DNA of 64,000 nt from an uncultured Candidatus Rokubacteria bacterium (GCA_963754315.1 CAVWFS010000007.1:608001-672000), one strand, 5' to 3'. Counted from the stretch's first letter, positions 37,537-48,181 are shown. Notes: generated from the sequence alone by a model not told the origin. Numbers and translations: made by a program.

Positions 37537-38277
37537 ATGAGTGTCACCGTGCGCTTCGTCGGCTCGGGCGATTCCTTCGGGAGCGGAGGCCGCTTTCAGA
37601 CGTGCATCCTCGTCGACGCTCCCGGACGCCGGTTCGCCATCGACTTTGGCGCCTCGTCCCTGATCGCCCTGCACCAGCAAGGTATCGAGCCGAACAGCAT
37701 CGACGCCGTGCTTCTCACCCACCTGCACGCTGATCACTGTGGTGGTGTCCCCTTCCTGCTCATGGACGCCATGCTGAGTGCGAAGCGGACGCGGCCGCTC
37801 GTCATCGCCGGTCCCCCAGACACGCGACGGCGGATGGCCGAGATCGCCGAGGCCCTCTTTCCGGGTAGCCACGTGATGCAGCCTCGCTTCTCCCTCGAAT
37901 ATGTCGAGCTCGCGGTTGGACAGCCGAACCGGATCCTCGATCTTGTCGTGACCCCGGAAGCAGCCCTTCATACCGCCGAGACCCATCCCCTCGCCCTGCG
38001 GGTGGAGACGGCCGGCAAGATCATCTCCTATACGGGGGACGGGGAATGGACGGAGGCGCTCGCGCGCATCGGGCGAGACGCCGATCTGCTCATCGCGGAG
38101 TGCTACTTCTATGACAAGCCCGTCAAGTGGCATCTGAACTATCCGGAGCTCGTGCGCCATTTCGACGACTTCCATGCTCGGCGCGTGATTCTCACCCACA
38201 TGAGCCGCGAGATGCTGGCCCATGTCGACCTCATCCCCCAGGAGTGTGCCCACGACGGTCTCGTCGTCGAAGTCTGA
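37537..38277 (+). CDS. MBL-fold metallo-hydrolase (RNase Z/BN-like)
   Basis: GSGDSFGSGGR, THLHADHCGG, YTGD, LTHM. Confidence 0.88.
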   Translation: MSVTVRFVGSGDSFGSGGRFQTCILVDAPGRRFAIDFGASSLIALHQQGIEPNSIDAVLLTHLHADHCGGVPFLLMDAMLSAKRTRPLVIAGPPDTRRRMAEIAEALFPGSHVMQPRFSLEYVELAVGQPNRILDLVVTPEAALHTAETHPLALRVETAGKIISYTGDGEWTEALARIGRDADLLIAECYFYDKPVKWHLNYPELVRHFDDFHARRVILTHMSREMLAHVDLIPQECAHDGLVVEV

Positions 38278-38347
38278 CGAACGAAAGCCGCCCACATCGA
38301 CAAGCGCCGGTGGCGCTCCTACAATCGGAGAGCCAGAGGAGGCACGG

Positions 38348-40393
38348 GTGCAGATCGGGGTAGACATCGGCGGCACGTTCACGGACATCGTCGCTCTCGG
38401 GGTCGACGGCCGCCTTGTCCTGACCAAGGTTCCCAGCACACCCAAGGATCTTCTCGAAGGGACGGCCCACGCCGTTCGCCGGGTTCTGGCCTTGGCGGAA
38501 GCCACGCCGGCGAACGTGACGCGCTTCGTTCACGGGACCACCGTGGCCACCAACGCCGTCCTGGAACACAAGGGCGCGGTCACTGCCGTCCTCGCCACCG
38601 AGGGATTCGAGGACATTCTCGAGCTGGGGCGCCAGAAACGCTCACGCATGTACGACCTCGACATGGACCCTGAAACGCCGACGTTCCTGGCTCCCCGCCG
38701 ACGGCGTGTCGGAATTCGCGAGCGCCTTGATGCTCGTGGCCGGGTCCTGGTCCCCCTTGATGAGGCACAGGTGCGGGGAGAGGTGGCCCGGTTACGCGCG
38801 GCAGGCGTGCAGGCTCTTGCCGTGTGCTATCTCTTTTCGTTCGTGAATCCTGCTCACGAGCAACGCACCCGCGAGATCTGTCGTGAGGTCGCTCCCGAGA
38901 TCAGCGTCTCCCTGTCGTCGGAGGTCGACCCCACCTTCCGCGAGTACGAGCGGCTATGCGTGACCGCCTTCGATGCCTACCTCGGGCCCGTCGTGAAACG
39001 CTACCTGGCCGGACTCGCCGAGGCTCTGAGCGCGCTCGGGGTGGCAGCTGTACCCCAGATCATGCGCTCCCGAGGCGGCATCGTGTCGGCTGCCCTTGCC
39101 GCACAGCAGCCCGTGACTCTCTTCCTCTCGGGCCCGGCGGGGGGTGTGATCGGCGCGTGCTTTGCCGCCGAGCGGTCGGGTTTGCGCGACTTCGTCTCCC
39201 TCGACATGGGGGGCACCAGCAATGACGTCGCCGTCGTCCACGCGGGCGAGCCGCTTGTCGCCAATGAGGGGCATATCGCCACCTTCCCCGTTCGCACGCC
39301 GATGGTCGACGTGAACACCATCGGCGCCGGCGGCGGCAGCATCGCGTGGGTCGACGGCGCCGGCGGTCTGCGCGTGGGACCGCTGAGCGCCGGCGCCGAA
39401 CCCGGTCCCGCCTGCTACGCGCGGGGTGGAGAGCAGGCGACGGTGACGGATGCCAGCCTGCTCCTGGGCTACTTGAACCCCGAGACGTTCGCCGGAGGCC
39501 TGCTCAAGCTGGAGTGGGCGGCCGCGGAAGCGGTGATCGCCGCCCTCGCCGCGCGGCTAGGCCTCGACGTCGTCACGACGGCTGCTGGCATCCATCGCGT
39601 GGTCAACGCGCGTATGGCCGACCAGATCCGGCTCATGACCATCAAGCGTGGCTACGACCCTCGTGGGTTCGCGCTGGTCGTGCTTGGCGGAGCGGGGCCG
39701 GTTCACGGTGTGGCGCTCGCCGAGGAACTCGGTATATCGGAGGTGCTCGTGCCAGAAGCCCCCGGGGTGCTGGCCGCGTTCGGTCTCCTGGCCGCGGCTG
39801 TCGAGCATCATCATGCCCGCACGCTGCAGAGCCCGGTCGACTCGGTGGACCTGGCCGCCGTGAACGCATGCTTAGCCGCCCTCGACCAGGCCGGATGCGC
39901 GCGCATGCGAGAAGAGGGTGTGCCTCTCGAGGCTGTCCGCGTCACCCACGCGGCGGACATGCGCTACGTCGGCCAGGCCTACGAGCTGGAGGTTCCGGTT
40001 CCGGCGCCGCTCGTGGCGGAACACGTACTCGCCGCGCAGGCCGACTTTCACACCGCCCACGAGCGCGTGTACGGCTACGCGCGCGCCGGACAACCAGTGG
40101 AGTTTGTCAACTTCCGCGCGACCCATTCGTATCCACTGCCGCGACCGCGCCTCCTCGAGCTGGGGGGAACCCACCGCGCTCTGTCCACGGCACAGCTGGG
40201 CGAGCGGCGCGCCTACTTCGCTCCGGCCGGCTTCATACCGACGCCCATCTTCGATCGGTCTCGCCTTCCCCTGGACACGCGGCTCGAGGGTCCGGCCATC
40301 GTCGAACAGCCCGATACGACCACCGTCATCCCGCCCGGCTACGCGGCCATCGTCGAGCGGTCGGGGAACCTGCGCATTCGGAGACTGTCATGA
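38348..40393 (+). CDS. Hydantoinase/oxoprolinase family subunit A (HyuA-like)
   Basis: GVDIGGTFTD, HGTTVATNA, SGPAGG, DMGGTS, IGAGGGS, GAEPGPACY. SD GGAGG precedes GTG 38348. Confidence 0.92.
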   Translation: MQIGVDIGGTFTDIVALGVDGRLVLTKVPSTPKDLLEGTAHAVRRVLALAEATPANVTRFVHGTTVATNAVLEHKGAVTAVLATEGFEDILELGRQKRSRMYDLDMDPETPTFLAPRRRRVGIRERLDARGRVLVPLDEAQVRGEVARLRAAGVQALAVCYLFSFVNPAHEQRTREICREVAPEISVSLSSEVDPTFREYERLCVTAFDAYLGPVVKRYLAGLAEALSALGVAAVPQIMRSRGGIVSAALAAQQPVTLFLSGPAGGVIGACFAAERSGLRDFVSLDMGGTSNDVAVVHAGEPLVANEGHIATFPVRTPMVDVNTIGAGGGSIAWVDGAGGLRVGPLSAGAEPGPACYARGGEQATVTDASLLLGYLNPETFAGGLLKLEWAAAEAVIAALAARLGLDVVTTAAGIHRVVNARMADQIRLMTIKRGYDPRGFALVVLGGAGPVHGVALAEELGISEVLVPEAPGVLAAFGLLAAAVEHHHARTLQSPVDSVDLAAVNACLAALDQAGCARMREEGVPLEAVRVTHAADMRYVGQAYELEVPVPAPLVAEHVLAAQADFHTAHERVYGYARAGQPVEFVNFRATHSYPLPRPRLLELGGTHRALSTAQLGERRAYFAPAGFIPTPIFDRSRLPLDTRLEGPAIVEQPDTTTVIPPGYAAIVERSGNLRIRRLS

Positions 40394-42183
40394 GCCGCGC
40401 CCCCATCGATCCGGTCCTCTTAGAGGTTCTCCGCAATCGCCTGGACGCGATTGCTGACGAGATGGAGCTGACCCTGCTCAAGAGCGCGGCCTCCCCCATC
40501 GTCAAGGAAGGCCTCGACGCGTCGGCTGCCCTCTTCAACGTGCAGGGAGAGACAATCGCCCAGGCGGCGGCCATCCCGATCCACCTGGGCGCCTTACAAT
40601 TCGCGGCGCGCCGTCTGGTGCACGCCTTCCCTCCCTCGAGCATGCAGGAGGGCGATGCCTTCCTTCTCAACGACCCCTATGACGGTGGCACGCATCTGCC
40701 GGACATCACCCTCGCCGTACCGGTCTTCGCCGACGGGTCTCCCCTTGCCCTCGCCTGCACCATGTGTCACCACCAGGACGTGGGCGGCCGCACGCCGGGC
40801 AGCGTACCCACCGACGCTACCGAGCTCTATCAGGAGGGCCTGATCATTCCTCCCACCCAGATGTTCCGGGCAGGCGTGCTCGACGAGAACCTCTTGCGGC
40901 TCCTGCGGCGCAACGTGCGCCTGCCGGACACCTTCACGGGAGACCTCATGGCCCAGGTGGCGGCCGGTCGGCTCGGGGGCGTGCGGTTGCGCGAGCTGGT
41001 CGCCCGACACAGCGTGCCCACGGTGCTCGCCTACATCGAGGAGTTGCTGACGCGGGCCGAGATCTTGACGCGTCGGGAAATCGAGGCGATCCCCGACGGG
41101 ACATACACGTTCGCCGATACGCTCGACGACGACGGGGTCGACCTCGATCGTCCTGTCCGAATCCAGGTGGCTGTGCACGTTCGAGGCTCGTCGATGACCT
41201 TCGACTTCACGGGAACCAGCCCCCAGGTGCGGGGTCCCTTCAACTCGGTACCCGCCTCGACGTTGTCCGCCGTCTACTATGCCGTGCGGGCCATCTCCGA
41301 TCCGTCCATTCCCAACAACGGTGGCTGCTTCCGCGCCGTGGAGGCCGTGCTGCCACCTGGCAGTCTCGTCAATCCGCGCCCGCCCGCTCCGGTGAGCTGC
41401 CGTACAGCCACCATCAAGCGCCTGGCCGACACCATCCTCGGCGCCCTCGTCAAGGCCTTGCCCGATCGGATGCCGGCCGCGAATTCCGGGACCTTGCTCG
41501 TGATGGCATTCGGGGGAACCGATCCCGAGACGCTCCAGCCCTTCGTGGCAAGCGAGCTGGCCGCCGGGGGTATGGGTGCCCGGCCCCGCAAGGACGGCAT
41601 CGACGCCATCGAGACGGACGTCTCCAACTGTATGAACATCCCGGTGGAGTCCATCGAGATGAACTTCCCGTTGCGCATCGGGCGCGCGCGGCTTCACCGG
41701 GATTCGGGCGGCGCTGGCCAATTCCGCGGAGGGCTTGGGCTGGAGAAGGTCTTCGTCGCGACGACCACCGACGTCACGGTATCGCACCGGGGTGAGCGCT
41801 TCGCCTCCTCACCGTGGGGACTGCACGGGGGGCATCCCGCCCCGCGGGCACGCGCGTTCATCATCCGGCGAGACGGCCGGCAGGAGGAGCTGTCGTCCAA
41901 GATGATGCTGACCCTCCACCCCGGAGACGAGCTCTGGGAGTACATCGCGGGGGGAGCCGGCTACGGTGATCCCCTGGAACGCGACCCCGATCTGGTCCTG
42001 GCCGACGTCCTCGACGGGAAGATTTCGACCGAGTCAGCCCGGGCTGCCTACGGGGTCGTCCTCGCGCCTGGCGCCTCGGGTGTCGATCACGATGCGACGA
42101 AGTCGGCCCGCGAAGCGAGCCGGCGCGCGCGCGGCCCCATCGATTGGATCTTCGACCGGGGTGAGGCTCGCGAATCTGACTGA
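40390..42183 (+). CDS. Hydantoinase B/oxoprolinase family subunit (HyuB-like)
   Basis: NDPYDGGTHLPD, HHQDVGG, QEGL, DSGGAGQFRGG, GGAGYGDP. ATGA overlap with subunit A. Confidence 0.92.
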   Translation: MSRAPIDPVLLEVLRNRLDAIADEMELTLLKSAASPIVKEGLDASAALFNVQGETIAQAAAIPIHLGALQFAARRLVHAFPPSSMQEGDAFLLNDPYDGGTHLPDITLAVPVFADGSPLALACTMCHHQDVGGRTPGSVPTDATELYQEGLIIPPTQMFRAGVLDENLLRLLRRNVRLPDTFTGDLMAQVAAGRLGGVRLRELVARHSVPTVLAYIEELLTRAEILTRREIEAIPDGTYTFADTLDDDGVDLDRPVRIQVAVHVRGSSMTFDFTGTSPQVRGPFNSVPASTLSAVYYAVRAISDPSIPNNGGCFRAVEAVLPPGSLVNPRPPAPVSCRTATIKRLADTILGALVKALPDRMPAANSGTLLVMAFGGTDPETLQPFVASELAAGGMGARPRKDGIDAIETDVSNCMNIPVESIEMNFPLRIGRARLHRDSGGAGQFRGGLGLEKVFVATTTDVTVSHRGERFASSPWGLHGGHPAPRARAFIIRRDGRQEELSSKMMLTLHPGDELWEYIAGGAGYGDPLERDPDLVLADVLDGKISTESARAAYGVVLAPGASGVDHDATKSAREASRRARGPIDWIFDRGEARESD

Positions 42184-42306
42184 TACTCAACGCGCCGGCA
42201 AGGGGAATCTGCTTGGCACGGGGCGCGTTTCCATGCAAGCTATGCAGACATTCCTGGACCCTCCGTCCAGGTCAACGTGGCCCCACCACGACAAGGAGGC
42301 TCATCG

Positions 42307-43635
42307 ATGAGCGCCAGCCTGAACCGCCGCCGATTCCTGACCGTCTCGGTTGCCGCCGCCGCGGCCTCTACTGGTATCGAAGGAATTCTGGCGGCTCAGC
42401 GCGCTCCTGCCTACGCACAGGGGACGAAGCTCCACATCGTGCGCTGGAACGACTTCATCCCCGAAGCCGATGTCGAGCTCAAGCGTCAAGCACCCGAAGC
42501 GAGCAAGGCGTTGGGCGCCGAGGTGACCTTCGAGTTCATCAACGCCAATGACCTCCAGCCCCGCATCACGGCGGCTATCCAGTCCGGGGCGGGCGCCGAC
42601 ATCTTCCAGATGATCTGGAACTGGCCTCACCTCTACGCCAACGGCCTCATCGATGTGTCAGACGTGGCTGAGCCCATCGGCAAGAGCGAAGGCGGGTTCT
42701 ACGACGCGTTTCCCGCGGCCTGCAAGGTGGGCGGCCGCTGGCTGGCGGTGCCGCACGGCACGGGTGGCAACGCGGTCGCCTACCGAAAGTCGTGGCATGC
42801 GGAGATCGGCGTCACGGAGTTTCCGAAGACATGGGACGCCTGGCGCGAGATCGGCAAGAAGCTGAAGGCCAAGGGCAGACCCGTCGGTCAGGCTCTCGGC
42901 CACAGCTTTGGCGATCCGCCGGGCTTCTCCTACCCGCTGCTCTGGAGTTTCGGGGGGGCCGAGACCGATCCCAGCGGCAAGAAGGTGGTCATCAACTCCA
43001 AGGGCACCATTGAATCCGTGAAGTTCATGCAGGCGTTCTGGAAGGACGCCTGTGACGAGGGCGGGCTGGCCTGGGACGACACCAACAACAACCGGGCCTT
43101 CCACGCCGGCGAGATCTCCGCCACCCTGAACGGGGCGTCAATTTACATCGTGGCCAAGCGCCAGAAGGACAAGATCAAGGACGAGAAGGGCGAGCCCCTC
43201 TGGCAGGACATCGAGCATGCGGCGCCCTTGCCGGGCGGGCCAGCCGGTCAGGCCGCGCTCTATGCCACCTTCGAGCACGCCGTGATGAAGTACTCGAAGA
43301 ACCAGAAGGTGGCCAAGGATCTCCTGCGCTGGCTGCACAAGCCCGAGAACTACGGCAAGTGGTTCGACGTGAACGAAGGCTACACGGTGGGCGCGACCAA
43401 AGTCTGGGAAGAAAATCCGATGTGGTCACGCATCGACAAGCCCTTGCAGATCTTCCGCCGCGCGGCGCGACACACCCGCACCCTCGGGTATCAGGGGCCA
43501 CCGACCGCCAAGGCCACCGAGTCATACTCGAAGTACATCATCGTGGACATGTACGCCAAGGGCTGCCAGGGCATGAAAGCCGAGGATGCCGTGAAGTGGG
43601 CGGAGACCGAGCTCAAGAAGATCTATGAGGCTTGA
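42307..43635 (+). CDS. Tat-exported ABC extracellular solute-binding protein (family 1)
   Basis: NRRRFL Tat motif; AWDDTNNNRAF. SD AAGGAGG. Confidence 0.88.
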   Translation: MSASLNRRRFLTVSVAAAAASTGIEGILAAQRAPAYAQGTKLHIVRWNDFIPEADVELKRQAPEASKALGAEVTFEFINANDLQPRITAAIQSGAGADIFQMIWNWPHLYANGLIDVSDVAEPIGKSEGGFYDAFPAACKVGGRWLAVPHGTGGNAVAYRKSWHAEIGVTEFPKTWDAWREIGKKLKAKGRPVGQALGHSFGDPPGFSYPLLWSFGGAETDPSGKKVVINSKGTIESVKFMQAFWKDACDEGGLAWDDTNNNRAFHAGEISATLNGASIYIVAKRQKDKIKDEKGEPLWQDIEHAAPLPGGPAGQAALYATFEHAVMKYSKNQKVAKDLLRWLHKPENYGKWFDVNEGYTVGATKVWEENPMWSRIDKPLQIFRRAARHTRTLGYQGPPTAKATESYSKYIIVDMYAKGCQGMKAEDAVKWAETELKKIYEA

Positions 43636-43672
43636 GCGACGTCGAAGCGACGTATCGATCGGGTCAGACATC

Positions 43673-44959
43673 GTGGATCGCCGGCGCTTCCTGAAGACGT
43701 CGGCCGCCATCGCGGGTGTCGCGTCGGGCGCCCTGGAGGGCATACTGGCTGCCGGTCGAGCCCCCGCCCACGCCCAGGGAACCCGGCTTCACTTCCTGCA
43801 GTGGTCGCACTTTGTTCCCGCGGCCGACACCCTGTTCGAGGTGCAGGCCAAGGAGTTCGGCAAGCAAGCGGGGGTGGAGATCGCGATCGAGCGCATCAAC
43901 CAGAACGACATCCAGGCCCGTACCACCGCCGCCGTACAGAGCAGCTCCGGTCCCGACATCATCCTCCTCAACAACAACTACCCGCACCTGTACCAGGAAT
44001 CCCTGGCTGACGTGAGCGATGTGGCCGAGGAGATCGGGGCCAAGCAGGGAGGGTGGTGGGACTACGCCAAGGTAAATTGCTTCGCCGGCAACCGCTGGGT
44101 GGCGGTGCCCTACTTCATCATCTCCTGGGCCGTGACCTATCGTGAGGACTGGTTCAAGGAGGCCGGCCTCGAGTATCCCAAGACCTGGGACGAGTTCAGG
44201 AAGGCCGGGCGGGCCATGAAAGCCAAGGGCAAGCCTTTCGGGCAAGCCTTCGGCCACAGCATCAACGATCCGAACGCCTGGGCCTACCCGATAATCTGGA
44301 TGTGGGGCGGCATGGAGGTCCAGAAGGACGGCCGCACGGTCGCCATCAACAGTAAGGCCACCGTCGACGCTCTGAAGTTCACCCAGGCCCTCTGGAAAGA
44401 CTGCTTCGACGAGGGCGGCCTGGCCTGGGACGACTCGAACAACAACCGTGCCTTCCTCTCCCAGGAAATCTCCCTGACCGGCAACGCCCCGAGCATCTAC
44501 GTTGCTGCGCGCCAGAAGTTTCCCGACGTGTACAAGGGAACGAATCACGGGCATTACCCGCCCGGACCGGCCGGGCGCTTCTACTGGCTCCCGAACTACA
44601 ACAGCTGCGTGATGCGGTACTCCAAGAATCAGAAGATCGCCAAGGACTTCATCCGCTACTACATGGACCGGCCCCAGTACGACAAGTACTTCGAGGTGAT
44701 GGATACCTTCGGGATCCCCGGGACGAGAGTGTACCGGGAGAGCCCGCTGTGGCGGAAGGATCCGCGCACGGCGGTGTTCCCGGAGACCTTGCAGTCGGCC
44801 CGCCCGGTGGGCTACGCGGGTCCACCCGGCCGCAAGGCCACCGAGGTCCTGAGCAAGTTCATCATGGTCGACATGTACGCCAAGACCCTGCAAGGAATGC
44901 GGGCCGAGGACGCCGTGAAGTGGGCGGAAGGCGAGCTGAAGCGGATCTACGAGAGCTGA
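43673..44959 (+). CDS. Second Tat-exported ABC solute-binding protein, paralog of the upstream gene
   Basis: DRRRFLK Tat motif; shared motifs DEGGLAWDD.NNNRAF and VDMYAK..QGM.AEDAVKWAE. Confidence 0.88.
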   Translation: MDRRRFLKTSAAIAGVASGALEGILAAGRAPAHAQGTRLHFLQWSHFVPAADTLFEVQAKEFGKQAGVEIAIERINQNDIQARTTAAVQSSSGPDIILLNNNYPHLYQESLADVSDVAEEIGAKQGGWWDYAKVNCFAGNRWVAVPYFIISWAVTYREDWFKEAGLEYPKTWDEFRKAGRAMKAKGKPFGQAFGHSINDPNAWAYPIIWMWGGMEVQKDGRTVAINSKATVDALKFTQALWKDCFDEGGLAWDDSNNNRAFLSQEISLTGNAPSIYVAARQKFPDVYKGTNHGHYPPGPAGRFYWLPNYNSCVMRYSKNQKIAKDFIRYYMDRPQYDKYFEVMDTFGIPGTRVYRESPLWRKDPRTAVFPETLQSARPVGYAGPPGRKATEVLSKFIMVDMYAKTLQGMRAEDAVKWAEGELKRIYES

Positions 44960-44988
44960 GACGGCGGCAGGCCTCCGATGGACCCGGC

Positions 44989-46026
44989 ATGGTGATCGGA
45001 CGGCGCGCGCTGCTCCATGGTGCGGTCGCCTTCTGGGCTGCCCGTCCCGCGCTGGCGCAGGTCCCGGATGCAGGGCGCGAGCTGATGGCGCGCACGGCGA
45101 CCACCTTCTTGGCGTCCCTCGAGCCGCACCAGCGACGACGCGCGACCTTTTCCCTGACCGACCCGGAACGACTGAACTGGCACTACGTCCCCAGACGCCG
45201 GGAGGGGGTGCCGTTCAAGGAGATGACGCCGGCCAGCCGGAGCGCCACCCACGATCTCATGAAGGCCAGCCTGTCTCTGGTCGGCTATACGAAGGCCGTC
45301 AATATCATGCGTCTGGAGGGGGTCCTCCGGCAGCTGGAGACCTTCGGCGGGCTCCTTCGCGATGCCGAAAACTACGCGGTGACCGTCTTCGGAACGCCGG
45401 GAGCCGAAAACACATGGGCCTGGCGGCTCGAGGGCCACCATCTCTCCCTGAACTTCACCCTCGCTCCGGGCCGACCGGTCGCCGTCACACCTGCCTTCAT
45501 GGGGGCCAACCCGGCTCTGGTGCGAGAAGGGCCGCTCAAGGGGCTGCGCACGTTGGCCGAGGAGCAGGATCTGGCGCTCGCGCTCGCGCGCAGCGTCGAC
45601 ACGGGGCTGCGCGGGCGCCTGGTCATCGCCGGCAACTCGCTGGGCGACATCGTGAGCGGGCCGGGCCGGGGCGAGAGCCTCAAGACACTGGTGGGGGTCG
45701 CGCTGGGAGAGCTCAATGCCGAACAACGAGCCCTCGCCCTCCGCCTGATCGAAGTCTACGCGCGCAACATGCAGGCGGAGATGGCCGAGGAGCACCTGCG
45801 GCGGCTGCGCGACGACGGGATCGAGCGTGTGCACTTCGCCTGGGCTGGTCCCATCGACACGCGGCACGCCCACTACTATCGCCTCCACGGCCCTACCCTG
45901 CTCATCGAGTACGACAATAGCCAGAACGACGCCAATCACATCCACTCGGTCTGGCACGATCCGCAGAACGATTTCGGGGCAGATCTCCTGCGCGCTCACT
46001 ATCGCTCGCGCGATCACCGGGCCTGA
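44989..46026 (+). CDS. DUF3500 domain protein (probably Tat-exported)
   Basis: NWHYVP, WRLEGHHLSLN, YYRLHGP, IEYDN, NHIHSVWHDP.NDFG; N-terminal RRALL. Confidence 0.85.
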   Translation: MVIGRRALLHGAVAFWAARPALAQVPDAGRELMARTATTFLASLEPHQRRRATFSLTDPERLNWHYVPRRREGVPFKEMTPASRSATHDLMKASLSLVGYTKAVNIMRLEGVLRQLETFGGLLRDAENYAVTVFGTPGAENTWAWRLEGHHLSLNFTLAPGRPVAVTPAFMGANPALVREGPLKGLRTLAEEQDLALALARSVDTGLRGRLVIAGNSLGDIVSGPGRGESLKTLVGVALGELNAEQRALALRLIEVYARNMQAEMAEEHLRRLRDDGIERVHFAWAGPIDTRHAHYYRLHGPTLLIEYDNSQNDANHIHSVWHDPQNDFGADLLRAHYRSRDHRA

Positions 46027-46056
46027 TCGGCGTCGCGTTCCTTGACGGAGACGTCG

Positions 46057-47055
46057 TCACCCACCCCCCGTCTTTGCCCGCAGCACGTCATCCAGGATGC
46101 GGCGAGCGAGGATCGGTCCGCGGGTGATGAAGCCCGTGAAGTAACCGACGGCAGTCGCCCCCGCCTCGAGCAGGGCCAGGGCCTTCTCGGGAGAATCGAC
46201 GCCGCCGGTACCGATGATGTCCAGTGTGTCGCCGAAGCGCGCCCGGGTCCGTCGCACCTGATCCAGGGTGGCCGGGAAGATCTCGGGCCCAGAGAGACCG
46301 CCCGCCCCCTGGGAGAGGCGCGACTCCTTGATCCGCCGGGCATTGCCGTAGTTGACGATGCGGATGCCCGCCTCGAGCGCGGCCGGGATGATGTGGCGCT
46401 CGTTGCTGTCCCCGAAGTCGGGCGAGAGCTTCACGATGAGGGGCGTGGGCACCGATGCCCTCACCCGTGCCAGCGTCTCCCGCAGCTCGGTCGGCCGCGT
46501 GCTCCACGTGTACACCAGCTCGGTGTTGGGCGACGACACGTTCATCTCCACCAGGTCGGCCAGCGGAGCGACGGCCCGTACCAGTGCCACATAGTCCTCG
46601 CCCGACTCTCCTGCCACGCTGACGATGAGCGGCACCCGATGCTTCATGTCACGGATCGATTGGCAGAAGGCATCGAGGCCGGGATTCTGGAATCCATTGC
46701 AGTTGACGAGCCCGGGACCAGCCGGGGTGCGCGTGCGCACCAGATTCGGTAGCGGATGCCCCTGACGGGGCTGACGCGTGATGCTCTTGGTCGTCACCGC
46801 GCCAAATCCCAGCCCCATGACCCGCATGAGGATCCGTCGATCGTAGTACATCGCGGCCAGGATCAAGGGGTTGGGCAGACGCACTCCACCCAGCCGCGTC
46901 TCCAGAGCCGGGTGATGCCGTCGGAATACCGGCAGGTGATCGAGAGGTGCGATGCGCAGCAGCGCCTGGCCGAAGCGAACTGCGGTCGGTTCGGGCAGGC
47001 GGGCGAGGAAGCCATCGTAAAACACTCGATACAGGGCGGCCGCCGGCGTGATCAT
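46057..47055 (-). CDS. pyrD: Dihydroorotate dehydrogenase (divergent)
   Basis: NP..LAA, TKSIT, NVSSPNT, VKLSPD, GGLSG, IGTGGV. Confidence 0.8.
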   Translation of the reverse strand: MITPAAALYRVFYDGFLARLPEPTAVRFGQALLRIAPLDHLPVFRRHHPALETRLGGVRLPNPLILAAMYYDRRILMRVMGLGFGAVTTKSITRQPRQGHPLPNLVRTRTPAGPGLVNCNGFQNPGLDAFCQSIRDMKHRVPLIVSVAGESGEDYVALVRAVAPLADLVEMNVSSPNTELVYTWSTRPTELRETLARVRASVPTPLIVKLSPDFGDSNERHIIPAALEAGIRIVNYGNARRIKESRLSQGAGGLSGPEIFPATLDQVRRTRARFGDTLDIIGTGGVDSPEKALALLEAGATAVGYFTGFITRGPILARRILDDVLRAKTGGG

Positions 47056-47158
47056 CGCTCGACTTATAGCACGCCCTCGGCGGCTGGATTCCCCTTGACA
47101 CGCCTCGGTCGTCGCAGGTACGTGAGGCGAAGGGGCGGCGCTCGTACAAGGAGACGCG

Positions 47159-48166
47159 ATGCAGATCGGATTTCATCTGACACCCTTCTGGAGCCCGACC
47201 GACCGCGGGCCCACGCAGATCATCGACGAGGCCATCGAGGTCGTCGCGGCCGCCGCGCACATGGGCTTTGCCTGGGTCTCGATCGGCCAGCACTGGCTCT
47301 CCCACCCGACCGTATGGCCGCAGCCCTTTCCGATCCTGGCGCGGCTGGCCCCGGAGACGGGCACCATGCGCCTCAAGACTTCGGTCTTGCTGCTGCCCAT
47401 CGTCAACGCAGTGGAAGCGGCCGAGAACATCGCCACCCTCGATCACATCACTCACGGCCGTCTCGACGTCGGGGTAGCCATTGGCTATCGCGACCGGGAG
47501 CTCGAGACCGCGCGGCTGGCCCGGCGAGATCGGGTCCCCAAGCTCGAGGAGTCTCTCGCCCTCATGAAGCTGCTGTGGAGCGGCCAACCGGTCACCTTCC
47601 CGGGAAGGTACACCCGTGTCACCGACGGTCGTCTCGGCTTCACCCCCTATCAGAGGCCCCACCCGCCCCTGGAGATGGGAGCCCAGAGCGATGGAGCCAC
47701 GCGCCGCGCGGCCCGGCTCACCGACGGCGTGTTCTTCGGCCCGCAGGTCGCCTGGCGCGACATCGGCCGTCTTGCCACGCTCTTCCGCCAGACGCGGACC
47801 GACATCGGCACTCCCACGCCGGGAAGTGTGGGAGCGTCGCGCTGCCTCATTGTCGCGGCGGACAAGACGGCGGCCCTGGTCGCCGCGCGTGACTACCTCG
47901 AGAAGACCTTCGCGATGTACAAGACATGGGAGATGCAGGAATCGACAATGGTGCCCCTTCAGCTCGGGTTCGAGACGGGCCTCGACGACTGGACGTTGAA
48001 CGGCTCGCCGAAGGACTGTGTGGAGGCGCTCGGGCGCGCTCGCCAGATGGGGCTCGACAAGATCGGCGTCACGATCTACAGCCTGCCGCGCGAGGTCCGA
48101 GCCCGAATCGACTATCTGCAGATGATCGCAGAGGAAGTGGTCAAGCCAGCCGGGGCTCTCGCGTGA
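47159..48166 (+). CDS. LLM-class (luciferase-like) flavin-dependent oxidoreductase
   Basis: GQHW, AENIATLDHITHGRLDVGVAIGYR..E, PYQRPHPPL. SD AAGGAG. Confidence 0.9.
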   Translation: MQIGFHLTPFWSPTDRGPTQIIDEAIEVVAAAAHMGFAWVSIGQHWLSHPTVWPQPFPILARLAPETGTMRLKTSVLLLPIVNAVEAAENIATLDHITHGRLDVGVAIGYRDRELETARLARRDRVPKLEESLALMKLLWSGQPVTFPGRYTRVTDGRLGFTPYQRPHPPLEMGAQSDGATRRAARLTDGVFFGPQVAWRDIGRLATLFRQTRTDIGTPTPGSVGASRCLIVAADKTAALVAARDYLEKTFAMYKTWEMQESTMVPLQLGFETGLDDWTLNGSPKDCVEALGRARQMGLDKIGVTIYSLPREVRARIDYLQMIAEEVVKPAGALA

Positions 48167-48181
48167 GCCCGAGACGCTGAC

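Noticed and set aside
42213..42246. Sigma54 promoter (TTGGCACG) upstream of the SBP gene
   Set aside because: There is no GC at the -12 position (GG-N10-GC is not satisfied).
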